Shown: positions 55,141 to 64,000 of the stretch, piece by piece
Position numbering within the stretch: position 1 is the stretch's first letter
Layout: each line of letters starts with the position of its first letter
Assembly (NCBI GenBank): GCA_002633005.1
Contig: NMRA01000159.1
Span: 295,494-359,493 of the forward strand
From: Phoronis australis
Lineage: Eukaryota > Animalia > Phoronida
Direction of reading: 5' to 3'
Length of the DNA: 64,000 nucleotides
Translations under genes and position numbers: made by a program
The notes under the pieces: model-generated
The model's input: only the letters and a program-made list of their open reading frames with translations
Told to the model about the DNA's origin: nothing
The model's database searches: none

Positions 55141-57844
55141 GTTAGAGCTTTAATTTCAAGGGTTGTGGCACTAAGTACACTGCAAAGTTTTACACAACTG
55201 TCACAATTTGGTGACTGGTGGCTGAAGGTATTCTTGCATGTTGTTTTCATTTTGTTAGGTTCCTTTGATATGCTAGATACTTGCAGGAAGAGAAAACCAG
55301 GAAGGGACAACTAGCTAAACCGCCGTTTTTGGCCTCCTTCCCCGGACTAATTTCAGGACTTAAGTTTCGTTTAAAAGGAAACAGATGATTTTATCAGAGA
55401 GATTAAAGCTTTTTCTATAGAAGGATATCAAAAAATCACTTTGCAACCTTAAACAGTGGTGTAATTGTACTTTGAAAATATCGACTTCAGCGCACGCAAT
55501 CGCAACTTCCCACACGCAGTCACGTGTACATGTATTTAAGCTTTCCCGTCGATGTATAGATGGCGCAGTAGTCAAGATCTCCCTCATTTGCATATCAAAT
55601 TTGCATGTGGGAGTTCTGAGACTCTCGTCAGTTTAGTTGTTGTCGAGCGCAACATCGAAATTTCCGCGGCTACCTATCGTGTCAACAAAAGTTCGAAGTG
55701 TCAGAACTGTAGACGGAACGCGCGGCATGTCTATGGTTCCTGTTCTTCAGTTGACGAAAACATCGCTATCGTCATAAAGAATGACCGTGGGAAATTCATT
55801 TTGAGGTGGACATCTGTATCCAAGAATAAATATTAATACTCTGTAATATCTCACCCTCCGCGTTTCGTTTCTTCGACGTTGGTTGAGGTTGCGGTATCGT
55901 GAAACAACGCCGTCAGGTGAGAGAAGTTGCACCGAATAACTGGAATTGGCTACAGTTCTTTCCTTTAGAATGCCCGGACTCAACTGTGCCATTTTCTTGG
56001 CCTTTTCATCGGCCTTCTCCTGCGCCAATCAACCTTTTATCTGCTACAGAAATGGTATGCCTAATTTTCTAACATTTTAGTACACTTTGTGGCTCTGCTA
56101 CAATTAGCACTGCCATAATCTTATTTCTTAATTCCGCCACTGTATGCATACTTGGAAGTTAGTTTTGCTAAGTGTTTTTCCAAATTAAGCCACAACAGTT
56201 GTTCATCATTAAATGCCTCAGATTCCTCGACGCCATGGACATTTCCGTCAACACAAAACGCACCCTTGCCATTCTTAAAAATTCGTATATATGTGCTATA
56301 ATTGCTTCGAATGACCGGCAGTAACCGTGGCTGGAATGTCGGCAGCTTCGCGACTAAGTCTACAGCTAACTCCCGTTGAAATTCTCCATACTTCAAAATC
56401 CTTGTTTGCAGGTGCTGATAATTGCCTTCAATGGTTTTCATAATAAGAGAGTAGAAATCCGAGTTGTCACACACGCCCACTGGCCTGGTGCTGCCTTATA
56501 TTTTCACTGGCCACCTTGCTGCAGTCGACTTGCGCAATAGCCGAATTAGTGTCCTCATTTGTGGTCACTTGCCGGATACAGGCCCATGAGACAAGTTGCA
56601 GCAACAAATTCAGTACGAATCCATAAATCCTTTTACACGCACAATTAAATGCGCAAAACTGCTCCTGTATTTCTTAAACATATAATTTAATGCTCAAGCT
56701 ATACAACGAGTGCGTGTTGAAACACAACATTGACCTTTGACCAAAGATGGACTCCTTGCATCAGGACCTTACTAAGCGGGGGGAGGGCGAGTGCCACCCC
56801 AAAAAAATTGCACGCCTCAGGGTTAAACCATGGCAACCGACAAAGGTGTGCGGCTGGGGAAAGACAAAAAAGAAAGACTTCGAATACTGATCAGAGAGAA
56901 AACTCAAGATAACTTTGACAACTCGGTATCAGCGTATGGTTTACCATTTGAGGGGCCTGACGAGGACAATTGTTGTTAGGGTCTCCGTTTTTGCAGCATA
57001 CATGTAGGTCGTCTAAGCGCTCTTGAAAATGTGCACTTAATCATTCATGCATGTATTTCGAAAATTCGAGAAAATTTGTAAAGGAAAAATTTTGCGGAGC
57101 GTATTAAAGGAGCATGCCACCCAAAAAACAACCTAATTTGTATCAACTTAGATCGAGTAGTTCTACTCCATAACGGTTGCGTTACCTGACACCTGACGGC
57201 AGACTGAGGTGTTGAAATTATCCAATGACGTAATTGGTTTCACACGCAGTCTGTTCAGCAGTTCACAACGGGTTACTGGTGTCGGCTTATAGCTTGAATT
57301 CATCGTTTTACACCAATAAATCATCAAACTTCGATGTAAAACCCTTAAAAATACACCTAGTTCTTATAAAAACGTGTTGTTTTATTTCGCTGTTACGGAT
57401 TTATTAGTATTTGGACACGGCCGTAGCCTACAACGGCTCGGCAGGCCAATAACGTCCGTAGCAGCAGTTTGGGGTCTGTTCGGAGATAAATTCGAAGTAT
57501 TTTCTGTGAGATACAGACAGGAGAACCTAGTCTGTGTTGATTAGAATTGTGTTTTTTTGAGTTCTAAACACGCAAAACGCTCGTTATCCTGGCCAGTGGC
57601 TCGGAGCCCGATCAGGCCCGTCGCGGCCGCCCGGATAGACTCGTTATCCCGACCAGTGGCTCGGAAACTGATCATACATCACGAACATAAACCAGCCAAA
57701 GTTGGAAACTTAACTTCTAGTCAGGAAAATACTATACTAGTGAGCCAAAGTAATGTGCACGTGATTATGTTGGTTAATTAGCCACGAAACTGCAAATCGT
57801 CGGGGCCGCGAATTCAGGTTCCGCTTTGTCCAAAGCACCGTCAG

Positions 57845-58092
57845 AATGAGCGCACCCAGCCTTCAATATGGGGGGGCTCGAATTTCTGACATTGTGGACC
57901 TTTTGGTAACAAAAAAGCGGGTGAGCAAAAAAAAAAAAAACGGGGGCACCACTGTGAATTGCCCGATTGTGCTTATTAAGAGGACTTTAGTCTCATTTTC
58001 TCGGACTTTTTGTTTCCCAGAGGCGGACCTTTTTGCCCACTTCGCCACTTTGCGCTCGTTTGACCCCCCGAGCCCCCATGGGTGTGCGCATG
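57845..58092. mobile_element. MITE with 5-bp TSD GTCAG nested in the Kolobok-type element
   Basis: AATGAGCGCACCCAG ... ATGGGTGTGCGCATG with GTCAG on both sides. The empty site (single CTGAC) is visible in element copy 1 at about 12895. Confidence 0.85.
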
Positions 58093-58451
58093 GTCAGGGC
58101 AGAAGTTATACATTGACAATCATTGAATAATGTAAATCTAAATAAAGATTCCCCTAACACCTGGCCGTGGGATGGAAATCGAGTTGTTTCACAGCAGTTT
58201 CTGCCATCAAACACTAAATTAGCATGAGCTCACACGGCCTCGGTGTCCCGTCAATTAGTTTTATTGCACCTAAAGCCGGTAACGCAGTGATTTATTCATT
58301 GCTGGCTTCTCAAATCATTTGCACTCACGAACACTCCAAAGGCATTACAAATTGCATATAATGAGACAGACTTTGTTTCAGTTTTACATAAGTATTGGTT
58401 AGGGTGAGAATAATTCATTTTGAAACAGAACGCTCAGTAATAAACGTCAAC

Positions 58452-58584
58452 ATGGCAACTCGCAATCCCCCGCGACTAAGACGAGAGCTCATCAGTCCCG
58501 ACGAAGACTTCGCAGGTGGATCGTTAGGTTTCACAGGCTATCAGTTCGAACAGGAATACAGTAATGAAGAAATACTAAAGAGGC
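58452..58584 (+). CDS. 5' end of the P2X7-ballast/Nanor-like transposon ORF (truncated by gap)
   Basis: MATRNPPRLRRELISPDEDFAGGSLGFTGYQFEQEYSNEEILKR, homologous to 11335-11456 (minus). Whether it is intact is unknown. Confidence 0.55.
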
Positions 58585-60617
58585 NNNNNNNNNNNNNNNN
58601 NNNNNNNNNNNNNNNNNNNNNNNNNNNNNNNNNNNNNNNNNNNNNNNNNNNNNNNNNNNNNNNNNNNNNNNNNNNNNNNNNNNNNNNNNNNNNNNNNNNN
58701 NNNNNNNNNNNNNNNNNNNNNNNNNNNNNNNNNNNNNNNNNNNNNNNNNNNNNNNNNNNNNNNNNNNNNNNNNNNNNNNNNNNNNNNNNNNNNNNNNNNN
58801 NNNNNNNNNNNNNNNNNNNNNNNNNNNNNNNNNNNNNNNNNNNNNNNNNNNNNNNNNNNNNNNNNNNNNNNNNNNNNNNNNNNNNNNNNNNNNNNNNNNN
58901 NNNNNNNNNNNNNNNNNNNNNNNNNNNNNNNNNNNNNNNNNNNNNNNNNNNNNNNNNNNNNNNNNNNNNNNNNNNNNNNNNNNNNNNNNNNNNNNNNNNN
59001 NNNNNNNNNNNNNNNNNNNNNNNNNNNNNNNNNNNNNNNNNNNNNNNNNNNNNNNNNNNNNNNNNNNNNNNNNNNNNNNNNNNNNNNNNNNNNNNNNNNN
59101 NNNNNNNNNNNNNNNNNNNNNNNNNNNNNNNNNNNNNNNNNNNNNNNNNNNNNNNNNNNNNNNNNNNNNNNNNNNNNNNNNNNNNNNNNNNNNNNNNNNN
59201 NNNNNNNNNNNNNNNNNNNNNNNNNNNNNNNNNNNNNNNNNNNNNNNNNNNNNNNNNNNNNNNNNNCTGCTTCTAATTCTGGATTTAAGCAAAATGACAA
59301 AGTCCACGCTTACACACATGCAAGCGTATCCAAATACAATTAAATGTATTTTCATGTGAAACCACTCAATATTCTTTGAACATTGACTTGTGTGAATTCT
59401 TAATTTTCTTAGATCTGCCCAATCAGGTAGAACTGCGTTTCAAGTCATTCATTATCATAGGCACCTGAGGGTTCAAATTGGAAGTTGGCGTCGTATGCGA
59501 GCCTAATTTGCATATATTAGTGACATCTGTTGGTTCAAAAAAGAGGATCATGCCCGAGCACATGCCTCGGAAGAGGCATCTTTTGGAAGAGTAAAACAAG
59601 TTATGTTCAAAGCATTCCAGTGCTATTAATATGCAGTCTTTGGGGACCAAAGTGGGGTCATTTTTTAGCTAAACAGTTAAGCTTTCAAACACAATGCTTG
59701 GATTCCAGACGGCTTTAACATTTACTTTTGAAATCACCTTTGAAAACACGTTAAAATGCGCTAAAACAGTTGTCCCTTCCAGGTTATCTCTTCCTAATAC
59801 TAGTGTATACAATCTGCGGTTATGTACAGGCTTGGTGTTCAAACTGCTAGTGGTTTTGATACGAGGCGGCTTAGTTTGTAACCAGTACTGTAGTGGGGCG
59901 TAGGCGCACCTAAGAGCAGCCAACCAACTTTTCACATTTGAACGTAACGCCTACGCACCATAAATTACGTTCAGTGCCCAATGTGATACGGTGGGCTTTA
60001 GGAGCCTATTTACCTCTATTTTTACCACTACAGCAATGTTTGTAACGTGCGTTGTTATCAAAAATGTGGCTTTTAATCCAGAGCTGCACTACAGCGCAGA
60101 TCGGATTTCCGAGAGACTTCTGTGGACACATGTTTCTTTAAATTGTGAGTAACACTGCGCAAATCGTAACGCATGTCGCAAAAACGATTGATACTTTTTA
60201 GCAAACCGAATTTGACAACAGCAAGCTTGCGTTCTAATTGAAGAGAATGAGGTTTTGCTGTAAGCCCTCGTTAGGTCACTGAACACAAATTCTTGAACGA
60301 GATCAGCTAACCCATAAATTTGATTTCAAGTTGTTCCTAGCTTGAATGAGAAATGAATTCTGCGCTTCGAAAGAAACTATCGGTCTTAATAGTATGAGAC
60401 CATGCTAACTTGGCGCACCAGAATCGCTCGCCTAGGCAAGCTTTCTTGTATAGCCTGGCCACACAATTTTACAACAGTTTTTACCCAAATTTATTTGGTT
60501 TCTATTTGCCACAACGGTTTTGACAATACAGCGTTTCTTACAAACTTTACATTACTTTTCTTCTGCGTATGTTACCCTACTGCTGTGATGTATATTCATA
60601 GCTGCCGTTTATTTCAG

Positions 60618-60739
60618 ATTGTTCGGAGCTACATAAAACTGGAACCAGAAAAAGCGGAGTTTACAACATTGCCCCCAGTGACGGTCTGGGTGAGATGAAG
60701 GTTTACTGTGACATGTCGACTGACGGAGGCGGATGGACG
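60618..60739 (+). CDS. PAN-FReD copy 2, exon 2
   Basis: TTTCAG acceptor, (D)[46 protein letters not shown] donor. Confidence 0.93.
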
Positions 60740-63171
60740 GTAAGTCACGAAATGCTTCTGCTATAAAGCCATCCTTCTCCACAAAATCGAACTTTGATTA
60801 AACCATTTCCTGTTAAAAATTGGCCTCAATCTGATTCTCATGCAAAAAAGGTAAATTTTCTGGGTTTGGAAAGACATGATCAATAGTTCATTATTGCGTA
60901 AAGTGACATAGAGCCCGATAAACAGAATAATTTGCATCATTTAAAGTGGTTCGCTGCCACTGAAAGAGAAGCCAAACTGTTCACCATGTATTCAATGGTT
61001 TGTTTGTAAAGATTGTCAATTTCTGTTGATGTCGAAGCATTTTTCCTTTAGTTTCATATTTCAGAAGACGATCTGTTAACTGTTCGTTACTTTCTCGAGT
61101 TTTCTCGCACACGGCACAGCACGTGTTGTTATGGCAAGACATTCATGTACCTGTAGACGCAACACATTTTCCTTGTATGGGAAATGAGATATGTGGCCTT
61201 TGTATTGGGACGAATGAGTTTTTACTTCATTTACGCTTCCAAAATAGTGAATCTGGCGATTCTTTTTAAAAAATCCTACAACATTGAAAGTGAAAATTCA
61301 ATAAGTTAGCGTCATCAAGAAATAAATTGGCCACAATCTATTTGACAGGTATATTTACGAATTTTTGCGTTCCATTCCTCTTTAAGATTAGGTTCTACAT
61401 GTGTGTCGTGTTATTATGTCATTTTATATGCTCAATAAGACTTTGAGTAACAGGCTAACGAGTTTTTACCGAGATATTCCGCAGATTCATGTAAGCGCAC
61501 CCGATGAAACGCCCATGGGCGTTTACTTGGTATTACAGCTTCTGGTGTCTAGTGTCCAGATAGTGGGTAACTTATTCAGAAAATTTGCTCTTGAAAACCA
61601 ACTCAGTGCAACGATTTGTCACAAATTCAGTTTGTGGATAAATATCATTCATAAAAACGAACAATCAATGCATTTTTAGCACCAAATTTGAAAACATAGG
61701 TTTACATGTAAGTAAATTTCAAAGTCAACAAATCTAAGACTTTCCGTTTGCACGCCCCCATTTTCCAAATGAATACACGGAAGTTAATTTGGTTTCACTA
61801 AAATGCTTTGTCTTTGTGTTCTTCAACATGGAGTTTTCTCTGAGTTCTTGAACTGGAGAGAGGCTGTCGTCAAGGAGACCCCATTTCTCATTACCTTTTT
61901 GCATTATGTATAGATATATTAGGTAATTTAATTCGACGGGATGACGGCATCACTGGCGTCATTAAAGGTGTTTCTGAGTTTAAATTGACCCAGTACGCCG
62001 ACGACACGTGTTTAATTTTGGACGGTTCTGAATTATCTCTTAGATCATCTTTGAATTTAATTGACAAATTTACGAAATTTTCTGGTTTGAAGCCAAATAT
62101 CGAGATAACAAGATGTGTTTGGATTGGTACAAAAAAGACTCTGACAAAAAACTTTGTGTCGATGAAAACCTGTTATGGATTAACAAGTTTTTTGACAGCC
62201 GGTTTGACAGTTGCCTTTTGTTTTCTCAGACCAGGAAGCTATCGGTCGGTATACAGTAAATCGTTGAACATTGAGTATATTTATTAATACTCACTTTAAA
62301 AGGATTTACTCTAGCCGTCTTAATGTAAGCATGGTTTTATATCTTGATAGATGAAGTTATTTTCTACCAGGGTCTATCGATACAACATTCGTCAGTTTTC
62401 GCACGCATACATGTTTATACATGTACAGACTTGTGCAACGGATTTTTCGAGCAAACCCTAGTTTGGGATACGTTATCTGTTTAGCTAAAGTTTCAGGCAA
62501 TTTGCCTTATTCAATAACGTCTTGGCTATCATCTGTATTGAATCTTCCTGCAATTTTATTCAAAACATATCTTAAATTTTCGAAAAATCCATAAAACGTC
62601 TTGTCCACTCTCTGCATTGGCTAATGTTACACAGTTGTGCTCGAAATGATATCACACTTGTTTTCAAGATTAGGCATGCGTCAATTTGGAAATTAGGATC
62701 ACTAGCAGGCATTTATAATCATTCAGAAATGAACGCAGTGTGGTGAAAATCAATCTGTAATTCCCGCAAGCACGAGTTCTTGTTAAGGCGTGAAATTCAT
62801 GTAGCTTTGATGAACGCGGAATTCCATATCTGATGTGATACCCCAGCTTTGCAAACGACAAGTCAACCAACTAAACACATCAGGGCAATTCCATAGAATA
62901 TATGGTCCGAATCGGAATATGTGTCGGGCCTGATCAAGCACAGCTGATCTTATGTAATAAGTGCATTCTGTTAGAAAAGACGACGGTCGGGTCTGGCTGT
63001 AAATTGGTTGCATAAGCTCGTGCAAGTACTGTTTACACAATAACACCGTACGGATATTGGCGAAAATGTATCGAATAATCTTGTTTTCGAGTGCCATTGA
63101 TTCGTTTGTATCGTTGCAATTTGTAAGTCGTTTCAACGTTTTAACATTAAGCATAATCCATTGATTTCTAG

Positions 63172-63405
<234 letters not shown>

Positions 63406-63469
63406 TGAATCATTCCGCAATTGTAAAAGTTCGTCGGAAACCTAACACAATCCATCCGGTAATACAAAA

Positions 63470-64000
63470 TAGTCCAGTCATTCTACGGATAACCCGGAAA
63501 AAATTGTAACAGAAGGTTTTATTGCATAAATCGTATCCTTTCACACCCCTTATTGGGAAAAAAGTCTACCGGAATCGGAGTTACGGAAGTTGGTTTTTCA
63601 AGATGGCGGACAAAATGGCCGCCAGATTTTCTGATACTCACTATAACTCAAGAGTGGAATGTGATAGAGTAAAAATTCAAAAAGGTTTACATATGTTTTG
63701 TGGGTCAAAAAATCCATTGGAAATGGTTTCACATGGCTGTGGCGACACCGTTCGCCATTTTCCAAGATGGCCGCCAAATCTACTTGAGTCGCACAACTTC
63801 ACACGAACAGATTAGTGTGTCGTCTTGCTTCAAACATCGCATCATAGGTTTTCTGGGTCGACTAATCCATTGAGACTCATTGCATTTGGCACTAATGATT
63901 ACTTCCACCATTTCCAAGATGGTAGACAAAATGGCTGCCAGATTTGCAGATGATCATTATAACTCGAGAGTGGAATGTGATAGAGTAAAACTTCAAAAAA
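63470..64000. repeat. Tandem-repeat-bearing insertion in intron 3 of copy 2 (period about 316 bp, subunit about 160 bp; CAAGATGGC motif)
   Basis: Homology to copy 1 intron 3 stops at about 63469; 63600-63685 recurs at 63916-64000. Confidence 0.7.

Larger units (their letters stand above)
57108..58584 (+). mobile_element. Kolobok-type DNA transposon (copy 2) in intron 1 of PAN-FReD copy 2; runs into an N-gap
   Basis: TTAA|AGGAGCATGCCACCC terminus; internal sequence is the inverse of 11335-13275. Confidence 0.75.

Noticed and set aside
28102-59355. Long ORFs in the track at 28102-28835, 43016-44230 and 58395-59355
   Set aside because: They are long only because they span N-gaps.
62783-63154. 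Minus-strand 123-aa ORF with IFANIRTVL resembling a RhoGEF DH helix
   Set aside because: No downstream PVQR-type motif, and the frame is broken in the paralogous intron copies.

Overview
AT-rich, repeat-dense eukaryotic DNA from a draft assembly, probably a marine invertebrate bilaterian (inference; the species cannot be identified from the sequence). It has three N-gaps and several single-N joins, and near-identical duplicated segments flank two of the joins and one gap. The only host genes I can support are two same-strand paralogs about 41 kb apart that encode a secreted signal peptide + PAN/apple + fibrinogen-related (FReD/FBG) protein. Copy 1 is complete (5 exons, 13748-23584, 321 aa). 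Copy 2 shows exons 1-3 (54819-63268) and runs off the window. The rest is decayed mobile DNA: Tx1/L1-type LINE pieces, two Kolobok-type elements with THAP and P2X7-ballast/Nanor-like ORFs, a Harbinger transposase with a nested MITE, an IS3EU-like integrase remnant, MITEs with 5-bp TSDs, CACTA-like palindrome arrays, and a tandem repeat carrying CTCF-like motifs. The most notable signal is the palindrome TACATGTA. It is roughly 10-fold over-represented, and paralog alignment shows it arises as 6-bp CATGTA insertions at TA sites, as a Tc1/mariner excision footprint would. One such insertion adds two residues to the PAN exon of copy 2. All identities and counts were made by eye; no searches were run.
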